Under the pieces are notes generated by a model, which saw only the letters and a list, made by a program, of their open reading frames with translations, had not been told where the DNA came from and searched no databases. Shown in pieces: positions 1 through 14,200 of a stretch of 64,000 nucleotides of DNA (positions are counted from its first letter, which is position 1; every line of letters starts with the position of its first letter). This DNA is from Takakia lepidozioides. Taxonomy: Eukaryota > Plantae > Bryophyta. Location of the stretch: assembly GCA_030704615.1 (NCBI GenBank), contig CM060733.1, positions 56,792,001 through 56,856,000 of the forward strand. The letters are read 5' to 3'. A program made the translations under genes and the position numbers.

Positions 1-2565
1 CACTATTCAGAGCTCCGTGGACGTACCCCCACCCGGCCTTGGGCGTGTGTATCGGATGGCAACGGCCGGCTCGGCTGTACGCGACGATGTATACACAATT
101 ATGATTGGAGTGGAGCCGACTTGCAATTGTACGGACTTCTCGTTGATGGAAGCAAAGTCTTGCACCAAATCTGAAACCACCTCTCATTGAGCAACGGCGT
201 CATAAACTGAAGTCCGAAGCCACTGTTAGAATGAACTTAGAGGTTGCAATTCCATGGGCAAAATTTGTAAATGAACATTCCGGCGGCCCGCTCCTCGTCG
301 TGGGCGTCTAGTAACCGGCCTTGGATGGTTCCGCCTCATGCAAGCGTCTCCTCCTCTCGTTGCTGAACAAGATTATTGTATCTTGCCTCCCATTCATGTA
401 TGGATGGGGTGTTCTTCAGTATGAAGTCGTGCGCTTGCTCAATCACCAAGGTCGGCAATGGCTTGATTATGAATCCCCGGGAGGGAGGGTCCTCCCCCCC
501 TGGGGGTCTAGGATGGTGCGGCTGGGTTGGATTCAAGTTTCCGTTTGTTGGTGATAATGGCGGTGAGGGAGCGGAGAGCTGTGAGATGAATTGCTTGGAA
601 GCATTTGTAGATCAGGGAGATAGGAATATGAAAATTATTGTGCAAGTCGTTAATACTGGCATTGTGGATGCCGCCCCTGGTGCCAGCCGTGATGACGGTT
701 AGTGGACCAGTGCGCCATCCTTGGCGGTGAACGGCTAGGATGAGTGGGGCATATTTTTGTCTTTTCTCTAGTACGGAGTCTTGTGGATATCGCTCATGAC
801 ATAATGTGAATTCGATGAAGTGGATGATAATTGACGTAGAGGGTGTGGTAGGGGGTGGGGCCGTTGTGGGTAATCCTTGCACCAGTAGGATATCTGGACA
901 GAGTCGAGCAGGGCAGGTGCATGGGTGGGAGGTACATGTACATGGGAGTAGCCAGGGTGGGACAATGTGATCTAGTGGTCGGCCTTGGTATGTGCCTGCG
1001 TTGAGGAGTGAGTACCATCTTATTTCGGCGTGGCTGAGGAGTAATTTGTGGATATGCCAAACTGCTTGGTTGTGGCGGGTTATGTAGGCCGTGTGTGACG
1101 GGGTGTGTGCATTGGCTAAGAAGATGTGGCCAGGTGTCTCGTTCATGGTGCGTGTTGGAGCATAATGGGCAGTATGGGGATAGGAAGAGACGTGGCCAGA
1201 AAATGTGCTTACGCTAGTGACCCATGTACTGGGCGTATCTAAATTTGAGAGTTTGACAGATTTGTGCATCTGTGGTGATTTTGGTGTTCCGGAAGTGACT
1301 GGAGAGTTTATGGTGAAGTATAGTGGATTGTGTCCATTTATGTATATGGACTTTAGTGTGGCTGATTGATGCGGTTGCTTGTTTGTTAGCCTCACGCGTG
1401 AGGGTGGCAAGTAGGTTGCGGACAGGCCTGGGTGCAGGGGGTTCAGGGACGTGTGGGCGGTGTGAATAGGGTCGAGGATGGGAGTACAAGGGGCTGGGTA
1501 GCGCCAGCCTGAGCAAATGAGTCGGGAGCATCATTGCCTCGTATTCCAGTATGCGAGCGGACTTTGCGGAAGTGGATGGGTTGGGTTTTAGAGAGGGCTA
1601 GTTGAATAATGGCGGCGATGAGGTTGCAATCTGGGTGGTGATGATGGGACGAGGGACGTGCTAGATGGTTGCGGAGCAGAAAGAGGGAGGTGAGGCTGTC
1701 AGTGAAGATATAATAGGGGAGGGGAGGGGGAAGGCGTCTAGTCCTGATATGGTCTCGTAGATAGCCATAAGTTCTGCTCTGAGTATTGTGGCAGGGCCAG
1801 GTAGGCGCCTTGTTGGGTGGCCGCATGGAATATTCCATAGCCAGCCTTTGAGTTCATGACGGAGCCGTCCGTGTAGTGGGAGTGGATGAGGGGGAATTTG
1901 AGAGCTTTCTTTTGTTGGTAGATTTGCAGAAGGGTGGGTGGGGTTACGATGTGAGCAATGTGTGGTGGGCGCGGAGAGGCCTTTATCCAGGCTTTATTGG
2001 GTTTAATGTTGCGGAAAGGGGCACTGGTACCGTGTCTGGAAAAATGGCGCCGAATTTCTTTTTTTTGGGCCGAAAACTGGCTAAGTCCCAACATGCACTG
2101 GTACAGTGTCTGGAAAAATGGCGCCGAATTTCCCTATTTTGCGCCGAAAACTGGCTAAGTCCGAACATGCACTAGAAAAATGGCGCCGAATTACCTGTCA
2201 TGAGGGGACCTATAGCCGCGGAATTCGGCACCATTTTTCGCCAGAGAGACCTATTACCGCGAAATACGTCGCCGTTTTTTCAGGTTACGGACCCTATTAC
2301 CGCGAAATTCGGCGCCATATTTGCACATGTCGCTGGGAATTGGCATGAGCGGAAGACGAAATATCATTAGCACAACTGTCAAAACTACAATTTTCCCTTC
2401 AAGGGGCCGAATAATATATTTGTTTTTCCTGACACATTGCATTAAATTAATGTTTTTTATTGTTTTTTATTTTCGAAATTTGTACTTCTGCTCATGAAAA
2501 CCGATTGTCTTACTACTCCGCTCATGCCACTCATGCCGCTCATGCTCATGAAATAGCTAACCTCG
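1..2565 (-). mobile_element. Left-terminal fragment of the Mutator-like ParB-MTase transposon (subfamily B), interrupted by a LINE
   Basis: 1-157 matches 51479-51635 (SWIM region) and ~2020-2565 matches ~52000-52548. It ends in GCTCATGAAATAGCTAACCTCG, the reverse complement of the terminal motif at 57129. Confidence 0.9.
158..2020 (-). mobile_element. 5'-truncated non-LTR retrotransposon fragment (RNase H plus restriction-like endonuclease), frameshifted
   Basis: RNase H motifs HYTDGS, IFTDSL, KVRSHTGIRGN. C-terminal RHNQAV...PDILLV...IEFT..H...EKRQKY RLE signature in ORF 508-1410. Homologous to 11589-13330. Confidence 0.85.
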
Positions 2566-3290
2566 TTCAAGTTTTCGGACGTTCAGGTACTCAAATGGGC
2601 CTATGTTCTTGCCAATTGCTCCAATTGTAGTGTGCTATGGCTTGACACATTTCTAACAACTAGTGTGATCAAGTTATGGTGGCTTACTGAGATCTGAATT
2701 TTCTTAAGGGGTTGTGGTCTGGCCCCCAATAGATCTGCACTTGTTGTTCAAGTTTCCGGACGTTCAACTACTTTGATGGGCCTGTCTTCTTGCCAATTCC
2801 TCCATTTGTGGTATGCTATGGCTTGGCACATTTCTAACAACTAGTGTGATAAATATATGTGGCCTCCAGAGCTTTGGAGTTTTTTTAAGGGGTTGTGGTC
2901 TGGCCCCCAACAGATCTGTACTTGTTGTTCAAGTTTCCGGACGTGTAGGTACTCAAATGGGCCTATCTTCTTGCCAACTGCTCTAGTTTGGGTGGGCTAT
3001 GGCTTGGTGGATCTGTTACAAGTAGGGTGATGAAGATATGTAGCCTCCATATCCATAAATATTTATAAGGGGTTCTGGTCTGGCCCGCAATAGATCTGCA
3101 CTTGTCATTCAAGTTTCCAGATATACGTGTACTCAAATGGGCATATCTTCTTGCCATTTTCTCTAGTTTAGGTGGGCTATGGCTTGGTGAATTTGTTAAA
3201 AGTAAGGTGATGAAGATATGGTAGCTTCTAGAACCATAATGGTTTCTAAGGGGTTGCGGTCTAGCCCCTAGCAGATGTGCTTGGAAGCTG
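2566..3290. repeat. Degenerate tandem repeat, ~181 bp unit, about 4 copies
   Basis: TTCAAGTTTCCGGACG...TACTCAAATGGGCCTAT recurs at ~2566, 2747, 2928 and 3108. Confidence 0.85.
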
Positions 3291-4229
3291 CAGCAGCAGC
3301 GGCACAATCGGTAAAATCAGGCACTGCTAATGAAGGCACATTCTTCCACACATTCCATCCTGTTTTTCCCTCTTATTAGAATTGGCCATGTTGAATTTTG
3401 ATAGTTAGCTGGTTGAGTGAGCCTTTGATAGTTTGGAGTGACTGACATGATACTGCCAATGGACAACAGGAAAGTATCCAAAAACAGGTAACAGAGATGA
3501 GGAGAAGTTGTGGAATGAACACTTTTCTGACCCCAGCCAATGGTGGGACAATCAAGGCATGAAGGTGAATGCCTGTTGGATTATAGAGAGTAACAGATGC
3601 AATTGAGCATATGAACTAGTGTGATAAGTAGGGTTGGGGTGTTTGCTGGAACAACTCTAGGCTGTCATTGTCAGCTGCTAACAGCAAGCCAAGGATAAAT
3701 GCATGATTTGTGCACAGGCATGGATAGTTGAAGGAGCAGAGATAGAGTGTGGGTCTAGATTCATCCAAGATGGCCAGATTTCAAGCATAAGGTTAGCTAT
3801 GATTCCCTGTGGATCAATAGCTACAAGAAACCTGCTTGGGTAGATGGTCTATCACTGACCAAAAGGCAGGAAAGTAGTTCATGGCTTTTAGCATGCCTGC
3901 AGAGACGTATTGTAGATGTAGTATGTCACCCTTTATCATGGTTGGATTTTGTTGACTCTGTTCCAACGCTTATTGTCTTGGATTCTATTCTGTTTTATGA
4001 ATGGTGAATCTTCAAGAGTATTTGGATTTGTAGATTCATTTGGAATGTATGGGAATTGTAGGAGAATTGTATGGGAATGTATGAATCACTTACACACCAC
4101 TCTGTTAGTGGTATATGTAAGACTGTGACAATAGGCAAGAGTGGTTGTACTCCTCCAGATGTAGCCCCAATCACTTACATACCACTCTGCTAGTAATAAT
4201 TCAAATACATGGTTCCTACTTGGTGGGAC

Positions 4230-4400
4230 ACACTGGATGACTCAGTCAGTGGTTTTAGCACACAACCTAACCACTACATCAATACTGGTAGAACCACTCC
4301 CTCATTAGTTCTAGCACACAACCTAACCACTACATTGATACTGGTAGAACCACTCAGTAAGTGGTTCTAGCACACAACCAAACCACTACATCAATACTAT
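4230..4400. repeat. Short tandem repeat, ~55-57 bp unit, about 3 copies
   Basis: TAGCACACAACCTAACCACTACAT..ATACTGGTAGAACCACTC recurs at ~4256, 4312 and 4367. Confidence 0.75.
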
Positions 4401-6430
4401 TATATATGGCCACGTGTCCAGATAATGGAGCCCATAATCGTCTAACTGGATTCGGCTATGTGTCCGTGTGAATACGAACATGTGTCCGTCGATTGCTAAG
4501 TATGATAAACGGATTGGCTGCGTCCACGTCGCAAACGGTGGAAGTGGTATGTTGTGAAGTGGTTGGTTTACCACTGTGACACGTCAGACGTGATTTGGCT
4601 TACCACTGTGACACGTAAGTGAATAGTTGGACTCGGAGGCAAGTGATCGTAACCACTGTTTTTAACTACTTTGGACACGTCATGTCTTTTACCACTGCTA
4701 GATCCACTGGTTGTAGACCACTTTGGGGCCAGAGTAGGAGCTTGCTCTTCTTTTATGTTGTTTTTGGGGCCTCTTAAACTAGTGAAGAATAGTCTTAAAC
4801 TATTATTTCCTACATGAGTCTATAATTTAAAAACGATAAAGCAAAATAAACTAATAACATTGGATGGAAAACCTTGGAGTTAATGATAAATGTGGTTTTT
4901 TCATCCATCTAGTGGATGACCAGTTGGCGCTAAGTTGTCTTTTCATCCATCCAGCTTCCAGGTCGAAATTCCCTTTTTCATCCATTGGATGAGCTAGAAA
5001 TTCATTTGATCGCCCCTCGTGAATGCCTTCCGCTTGATAATTTTATGTCGTCTCTCATCACTTTGATAAATCGCAAAACTTGGTGACAAATTATAATTAA
5101 ATACCCCGTAGCTGCTCGTAAATTCTCAAGGTGATTGGGGAAGAAAAGATAATCCATTTGCCGGTTTCCATGGTTTCGCCATACGGGAAGTCTGCCGCTT
5201 CCTGGCAATGAAAGTACTGGTGATGCCCCAGGGGGTCTTTGGCCCTGCCACTGGGTCACAAATCTTTTGAAGTTCCCTCCTTCTCACTTTGCATCGCTGA
5301 GGAATTCAAGACTTCGCCGGGAAGCTTCTTCACCTGTTGTTTGCTCCGATGCAGCACTTGCTTTGTCACGATATTTCATCGTTATACACATTGTTTTTTC
5401 CAATTGCCAAGACTCCTCGCCGTGTGCTCGCACTAGACTTGAAAGGCAGGAGAACAGAGAGATCACAATCCGGGACTGAAATAGTCGTCTTGTATTGTTT
5501 CGAACAAGTGCATGTTGTCGTTACTGGTACCAAACTGGCAGCCTAATTTGCTATCGATGCAACGTCGTACGGTCATTTTGACACCAGAGTTTATCTACAT
5601 GGTCGTCGCAGACATGATCTAAGTTCCTACGTGCTTTACCAACGATTCCGAGATATCTAACAAACTGCCCTGTTTTGGCAGTACAATGCCTAAACTGTCT
5701 GCCTTAAGATAAAAAACAATCTGAAAAGAAATTTGTACCATTATATGCATCTACACCCCTATCAGTTAGGATAAGTGGATAGCAGATCATGCTTAATCAA
5801 TAAGATTAAGCAACCTGTAGAGATGTTGATTCATAGGATGGTCATATTTTAGCTAACCTTAAATGATTACTTGGTAATCGTTTCTGAAGGCATACCGTCG
5901 GACAACCTCTGTTGCATGTCTTTGGAAATGGATAGTACTATTGATAGCCTGTTTTGTCTAAGTCATAAACCAGCGGTTAACAAAACCTTTGGAAAATCAT
6001 ATGTGCTTGGGTTTATGAGAGGAAACCCCCCAGTGGTAGGTGGGCATTGTTTCACATTTATCATGATTTGTTGACTGAGGGGAGGAAAGCGTGGGCATCT
6101 GTTTGTGCAGTTATTCCCAGAACTTTGGAGCAACGAGGGAGGAAGTTGCTTGAAGATTTTCTTCAGTCCTGGGGCAAAGGTGACTTGCTCGGCTCCTGTC
6201 TACCCAACATGCGCTTTACCTGGAATCAATCCATCCCCCATCAATGGGAGGTCCCCTGGTGATGGGGAGGAACCAAAATTCAATTGGCGCCACAAGAAAT
6301 CAATAAAACAACAATAAAAAACAAACAATTATTGTTCCAACATCCGTCAAATAGGTTGTATACCTACGACATGTCTATTTGCGGAATTGAATGAAAAGAT
6401 GAACTACAATAAATTTGTTAGCCATTATTT

Positions 6431-9329
6431 TTAGCAAGTAGCTGGAGCAAATCCAATTTTGTCCAAAGACAAATCGAACACAACTCCCGTCTGTTGGTGT
6501 TGCCAAGCGCCAATAATACTCAATTGTCCCAGACTATGGCAGTTGAAAGCTAAACATATTTCTGTATATGCATCGTATTGCTCAACAAACACAACTTGCT
6601 TTTTATCCAAATCCCAGACCAGACCCACTGATTCATCGTCCACAAACACAAATGTCACAGTCGGAAAGTCGGGAAATTGTTCGTCAGGTCGCACACCCCA
6701 ACACGTGTCAAAATAATTGTATTTTTCTTGGCCATCATGAGGTGAGCTTTGAGTCCCATTAGGCATTTTTGCTGCTTCAGCAATAAATGCATCCCTGAAT
6801 GCCAAATATGCGTATGTAGGGAGGGTTGTGTATGAAGAACCGCTGTCAATTATCACGCCTCCTTGACCGTTCTGGTCAATGTCAAAGATGCCAGGAGGCA
6901 TAGGAACTACTTGGCCACCCACGTGAATTTCCGTGAGAGGAACATAGTATGTATGTTTGGCGTGCTCCCCATTTTGAGGCATTTTCAGAAATTGGGCATT
7001 GGGAACTGCAATGGATTGTGCAAAGGATTTTGTTAAAATAATGTATATATGTTACAAAACATAATTATGGCCATAAAGAGGAGTACAAGTCAAAATCCTA
7101 AGGTGGAATGTCTCTTTTTCCATACTTTTCATGACAAAAATGTGACTTGTGATATATTTGTGAGATAGAAAATAAAGACTCTTGTCAAATCAAGCATAAC
7201 TTTTGGTGTCCCTTCACCCGGGTGACTGTTGCCTTCAGTTTGGAGGGTTGACATCTTCTAACAGCCCAAACCGAGGTAGTGCAATTGCCCCCCCCCCCAG
7301 TTAGGACTCAAAAATCCCCACGTACCCCCACATTACAGTTTCTACCGGTTGATCCGGTACCCCTTCTGCAGCTAAATTGGCCATGTGATATCCAACATAC
7401 ACCTATGTGGATCTGAATCCATGACCACTGGTAAAGATGGAATGATGCCCCTACTCTTTGGACCATGATCTCTTGGTTGATGCTTGTTTCATATAGACAC
7501 TTAAAGGAAATGAAATTTTACGTATAATATTCATGATCTCTATAACAATTCAGGAACCTCACAAGAGGAGAAATTGAACGTACATGCGACTATGGACTGG
7601 GCACCAAAGATCAACACCCCATTGTCTGGACTCTCGGATAGTGGCAAACAATATGAGAATTGATTGGTGATTTGTGTATTATGGGCGATTTGGTCTGACA
7701 TGGAGAAGTCAGATTTCCCTCCACCTCCAAGGCCCAAGATGCCGGCGGCCACCGGCATCATATTTACCGTTTGTTCTTCCCCTAGTCCAATCATAATATC
7801 TGTAGAATAAACAACATTACAAATAGATCAAGTGGAGAATACTAGGAATAATGTGAGAACTTAATGCATACATATGATTGTCTGACATGACGCTAAGTCA
7901 ATTTCTAGCATATCAAATCTTTTCTATCTGCTCTCGAAAGTGACATTGTACTGAAGCTGGGATAACAGTCAACTGGGTTTTACAAAAAGGAATGATCATG
8001 TGACATTGAAAAGAGTGTAACTCCCACTTGGCTTCGCAATTGGACTAAGTCCAACTTTGGCTAAGTATACAACGCACTAAGAGGAGCTACACAAGACATA
8101 GGGGTTTGACACCATCCACTGCAACCTCCACTGCCATCACCTTACCAATAGGCTACTCACCATTATGTACCGATCTATTGCATTCTAAAGTATTTAATAG
8201 TGAACTCCAGGTAAGTGGGGATGGGGAGGATTTGTAAGGGGGCCCGCTGGAAGAGCCGACATTGCCTACATCCGGTGAATGGACGGTCAGATCGCACATG
8301 TACATTAGTTCTTACAAAGTTCCTATTGTTTTCCATATCAATTTGATCATTCTAACGATGGGTAAAAATATCATATGCCCAAAAGCATTTCAAAACAAGA
8401 AGAGTCATCAAACATTTATACTTGTAAAGGTGGTTTGTTCTCCACTGCTGTCAAAATTATACAATTGAATGACCTCCGTAGCAAGCCGACCGAAGCTGAA
8501 TGTGGATTCGGCATACGAAATTTTGTATTGACAATTGTAGGAAGTTGCATCACAGCTGTCCCAAGCGCCATTCGACCTTAACATTTCACATGCGATTTCA
8601 TTGCATAAAACATTTTTTGAAGTAGGCGAGTCCAAAGGTACATAATGAATTGAGTTTTGTGGTTGACAAAACTGCACAACCAAAACAAAATGTTAATCAA
8701 TGCGATGATATTTGTCTTTATAATCGTCGGAAAAAGTGTGTACACTCACGTCAAAACATATTTCTTCTCTACTTCATGTCAAACATTATGCGTCTTTCTA
8801 AAATATTGGATGAGACAGGTGTACTCACATCACATGGCCAAGCTTGGATCCAAGTGACATCGCTGCCGGTGTCTAGGAGGAGAAGTTGGGAGACATTACC
8901 TGGACTGCTACCCACATTAAAGATTGTAAAATAATCTAAATCTGGGTTGTCTTTAAAACGTGCAGGCTGGACCCCAGAGAACACACTCTGTTTTAGGTTC
9001 CGACCACGAGACTTGTTGTGCATGGAAGGGCCCAACGTTGCGGCATTGTGTTGAGCCCTCCTAGCCGCACGCACGCATGCCTCATCGTCTTTGCGGCAAT
9101 GAGCAGGCCTCAAAGGGGAATGGGGCGAGTCGACGTGGGTGAGTGCAAAGGACCAACCATGTTGAGTGGCATTGATCTCATTCAGCTGTATGGGTACATC
9201 TGAAGCGTTCAACACAAATGTGTGTCTCGTCTTATGGCTATAGTTGTTGGTGGTGCCCAATGAGTTTACTTGTAGTAATTTGAGAAGAAAGAGACAACTC
9301 ATGAAAAGCACAGACAACTGAAAATCCAT
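6431..9329 (-). CDS. Secreted pepsin-family (A1B, nepenthesin/atypical-type) aspartic protease, multi-exon
   Basis: Hydrophobic N-terminus, prosegment LTHVDSPHSPL, catalytic DTGS(DVTWIQ) and DSGS(SYT), CQYKISYAE, GILGLG, FSYCL, SIIGAWQHQQ...FDL...IGFAPATC stop. Exons are approximately 9329-8830, 8670-8420, 7800-7582 and 7006-6431, with GT..AG introns. Exact boundaries are approximate. Confidence 0.92.
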
Positions 9330-10119
9330 TGCTCTATTTGCTAAGGGTGCCAAAATCTACTGATACTTGGTAGTTTAGTAGACTAGGCCTAATGCCCAAG
9401 CCTAGGAGCCATCATCCCCACTTATGGATTTTCTTCCACGAGTGACGACATTCAAATTTCAACTGTTGCCAACGTAAAAGATAAAACTCAATTTTAACTA
9501 ATTCCGGACTTGAGATTAGTCCAGAAATAAGAATACGTGAATAAATAATTCATGTATTAAATCCTGAAATAATTTTTATTCCACCAACAATATGTTAGTG
9601 CCATTACAAATTAGTCATATAATATACTTTGCGTAGAGAAATGTCTGCGGATGTTGACTAAATGGAAGAACTTTGACTCTAGTGTCGATGTTCACGAAGT
9701 GAGATAAAGAAAGCATGTAGACTTCAAACATATCGTGTACAGAGCTTAAAGTCCAAAACTGACAAAAGTGGGAACAAACATTAACATTATGAGAGTTTCA
9801 TTCAAAGTTCAGATCATCCAATAGAAATGACGGGCATTTGCACGAATGGGTAGACTAGACAAATGTTGAGTCTATGGAAGTCCATGGAAAAAAAAAAAAA
9901 TTGAGCCAATTTTGTTAGTTCATTTGGAGCAGCACCACATGGCCAACTTCAACAGTTAGCTGCTCAGGGAGCCTCCCAAATGGAAGTTCTCTCTATTCAC
10001 GGTCTAGAAACATACATAGTAGTATACCAAACATTTTTAGTAAAGAGTCCCCCCCCCCCCCCCCCAATTTTTTTTTTTGGAAGACATTATTTACTAGATA
10101 TTTTAATCTGATGTCAAAA

Positions 10120-10540
10120 TTTAGAGTTTACAACCACTTGTCCAGATACCACTTGGCCATTGATCAAAGATCATCTTTTTCCTTTTGAGGTCGGACCGAG
10201 CCTTTCTCCGCCTCTGAACTGCTTCTACATACTGAGCAGTCGTCTGTCGTGACTCGTCCAAACCTTCGAGCATCTCGAGCCTCTCCTTCAACGACTCGGA
10301 TGTTGCTAGCCTCTCTGTGAGGGCTAACCGTAATGATTGGTTTCAATTGGCATAATAGATTCCACCCCGTAAACCAAGGAAAAGGGGGTGTGTCGGATCG
10401 TTACCTTGTGAGTAGTGACACCCCGTAAACCAAGGAAAAGGGGGGGTGTCGGGTCGTTACCTTGTGAGTAATGCGGACCGCCCAAAGTGCTGAGATCATC
10501 TTTGGGGTGATTGCAGCCTAGAGGGTCCATAATGCGACAC
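10120..10540 (-). pseudogene. Degenerate Gypsy integrase C-terminal remnant with a local ~55 bp duplication
   Basis: Translation TPFSLVYGVESIMPIE. CACCCCGTAAACCAAGGAAAAGGGG..TTACCTTGTGAGTA occurs twice (10363, 10419). Confidence 0.6.
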
Positions 10541-11229
10541 GATCACGAGTACATGAAATGTCCGTAAGCTGGCGCGAGTTTTGAAAAATATATTTTTTGA
10601 CCGTCGGATGAAGTCGATCCAGACCGTCGGCCAAAAGTACCGTGTCAAAACAATATGGGCGGGCTTTTCAAAAATAAAAATAAAAATAAAAATAAAATAA
10701 ATCTAATCTAATCTAATTAAAAATAACAAAATTCTCAAATCTAATTTATCTATGCCCTCAACCTATGGGAAATGCGTGTTTTTTGTGAAAGAAGTTCTTG
10801 TAAATCTATGTTTTTCATGTAGTAAAGCTTAATACAAAAATAACTAATTTCTATGCTCTACAAAAGTCCCTAACATTTTATGGACTACATATTTTAGTGT
10901 AAGATAAGACATTCTAGATTCCTCAAAATGGGGGTGATCATAATGTGAGTCCTTTTTTATAGTGGCATTGAAAATTGACCAAGAACAAAGTACATAATCA
11001 TCAGATTATGAACTATGACATTTTACTAGGGACTTTTTAAAAAGTCCTTAACTTTCAATATACTTAGTATTTTGAAATGAAACTTGAAAGAGTAGGTGAA
11101 GCCTCTAGTGCATATTATCCTTTAGAGTCCTTTATTCAAATAGTCCATTCGATTGAAGAGTGTGAATGTATATCATCAATCTATGTGTAGGAAAAACTAT
11201 GCTGTGACAACAAAAAATGGACACTGTAG

Positions 11230-14200
11230 GCTACAACGACCCTTCGTGTCCCAGTCTCGCTTGTGATCCCGATAATGGCTAAGTGCCAAGGCCACGAGGG
11301 CAGGGCAGTTTAAGCCACGACGGGATACCTCGGGTAGTGATCGACTTCGTACTACCCGACCACGAGGCAGGAACAGCTAAGTGCTCAGCAGAGAGAGAGA
11401 GAAGACTCCGGCTGAGGCCGGCGTAACTAAGAGCCACTTCGCCTTGCGGCTACTGCCTCTTTTCAGGGGTGGGCCCTATGTAAAAATAACCGGTGTCTAG
11501 GGGGCACCAAGTGACCAGCTGAGGGGTGGTACTCGGCAGCTAAGGGTTCCGTATGGTACCCATGGGTACCCAAAGACGCCCAGGGTGCCTAGGAGACAAG
11601 AGAAGGATTAGATTCGAGTTGTCGTTTGTTGGTAATGATAGCAGTAAGAGATCGCAGTGCCATGAGGTGAATGGCTTTGAAGCATTTATGGATAGAAGTG
11701 ATGGGGAGATTGAAGTTATTTTGAAGGTCCGTGCTGGCATTATGGATACCCCCTCTGGTGCTGGCAGTGATGACTGTAAGAGGGCCTGTAGCCCATCCCC
11801 TCCAGCGGATAGCAAGAATAAGTGGTGCATATTTTTGGCGCTTTTCGAGGATGGAGGAGCTGGGGAAGCGGTCATGGCAGTATGTGAATTCTATGAAATG
11901 TATGGTGATGGTTGGGGATGGGTCGGTGGGTGGGGGAGCGTTAATGGGAAGACCCTGGACGAGGAGAATATCCAGGCAGAGTCGGGAAGGGCATGTACAT
12001 GCTGCGTGGGGGTGACATATACACGGGAGTAGCCATGTAGGTATTGTGTGATCTGGGGGCCGGCCCTGGTAGGTGCCAGCATTAATAAGTGAGAACCATC
12101 TAGTTTCATTACGTCGCAGTAGAAGTTTATGGATATGCCATACGGCGTGGTTATGGCGCGCAATACGAAGCCCGTGGATGACAGGGTGGGGGCATTTGCT
12201 AAGAAGATGGGGCCAGGTATCTCTTGTAGCGTGGATGTGGGAGCAAAGAGGACAATGGGGTGAGGGGTATATGGTTGGCCAAAAGGCGTGTTTGCGTTGG
12301 TGGCCCATGTATTGGGCGTATCGAAATTTAAGGATCCGTCGTATTTGAGCGTCAGATGCAGCTTTAGTGTGCCAAAAGTGGTTTGATAGTTTGTGGTGGA
12401 GTACATTGGAGAGGGTCCCATTTTGGATATGAAATTTAGTGTGGCTGAGAGAGGCTGAGGCTTGTTTTTTGGCTTCTTTAGTCAGGGTAGTAAGAAGGTT
12501 TCGGATTGGCCGGGGCTCTGGGGGGTCAGGTACCGGGTGAATCAGCCAGAAGGGGAGCGTATGAGCAATGTGTATAGGGTCTGCCGAAGGTTCAACTGGA
12601 GGTTTGGAGGCCCCTAGTTGGGCAAGAAGGTCAGCCTCCTCGTTGCCGTTAATGCCAGTGGTTGACCGAACTTTGAGAAAATGGATGGGTTTATTGATGG
12701 AAATAGCAAGGTTGATAATAGCGGTGATAAGATTTCAATCGGGGTGGTGGTGGTGGGAGGAGGGACAAGCGAGGTGGTTGCGAAGGATGAAGAGAGAGTT
12801 TAGGCTATCTGTGAAAATATAGTATGGGGGCGGGAATGGGGTTAATTGTGAGAGAGCTCAAAAATAGCCATAAGTTCGGCATGGAGTATGGTTGCAGGGC
12901 CTGGGAGACGGTGTGCAGTCCCTGTATTGGTGGCAGCATGGTAGACGCCGTATCCGGCGTGGGATCCAGAGTGGGAGCCATCTGTGTAGTGTGAATGGGG
13001 AGGGGGGTATTTGGGGGAAGTGGGCCCTAGGTAAACTGGAGGGGCGTCGTGGGAGATAGTATGTATGGCAATGGGGCGGGGGGGGGGGGGGGGGGGGTGT
13101 GCTTTGGCCCATGCTTTTAGCCTAGGAGGTGGCTTAGAGGGGGGGCTGTGTGATGGTGAAGGTGGGTATGTGGTGAGTAGCATACCATGGGTATCAGAAA
13201 GTAGATGATTGAGGCGAGTGGGGAAGTCGGGGGGTATGGGCGGGCAAGAGGTAGCTTGGACAAGCAGTAGTAGGGTCAGAGAAGGTTCCTTGTGACGAAG
13301 GTATTTTGGAAAAGGCAAGTTATGCATATAGCGAAGATGGTTGGGTTCGATGGCGGCTAAGGGTATTATATCTGGAGGGAGATGTAGGAGGGGTGTTGGT
13401 GGTCAGGTGAGTTTTGTTGTGTAGAATGAGAATAGTGGTGGCGGAGGGAGAGGAGTGGGCGGCAAGGCGCGCCCATTATAGAGCCTCATGCATGAGGGGC
13501 CCGAGTGGCGGATGCGCTAGGCCCCCGCCGGACCAAGAATGATGAGTTTGCAGAGCCCATGGCTCCAAATATACAGTCACGGGGATGCAGACTGTCATAA
13601 GAAGCGAGCTCAAGGGGGCAAGTGAACGGGCTTGAGTAGTATGAGTGGGTAAGTTGGAAAGAGGAGATGAGGAATTTGAGGATGTCAGAGGGTACAGTGC
13701 TATGAGTATAAGCTTGCGCTAGTTTGTCGAGGGTGCGAGGTTTTTTTGTGGGGGTATCACGTAAGTATATGTCCACAAGCCAGCAGACCTCGGTGGCGAA
13801 GTCTTGCTTTGGAGGTTGTAGTAGGTAGATGTCGGGGGTGGAAGCGGCATATCTGTCCCAGAGCCAGGCGAGCCTGACATGAGAGATGGACCCGACAAAG
13901 TTCCCGTTAAGTGTGTAGATATTGGATGCGATACGGCTAGGGCATATGATGGGGGAGACTTGGTTAATATCTTTGTCTTGATCAATGGTCTGATATGGAA
14001 CTAAGCCTTAATAAATGTGCGGTCACCGTCGCTACCCACCGCAACAAGCTCACAAAATCCACGATAGCTTCCCATTGTTTGCTCCATCTACACTATCAAC
14101 AAAAATCTTTTCCCTTCTTAGGTCCGGATGAACCCTACACTTATCTAGGCATACAATTGGTTCCATCACTAACCTGGCATATACAAAAGAGCACAACCCT

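Noticed and set aside
5000-6320. Short ORFs downstream of the protease gene
   Set aside because: No recognisable motifs or consistent splice structure, so I cannot support a gene call.
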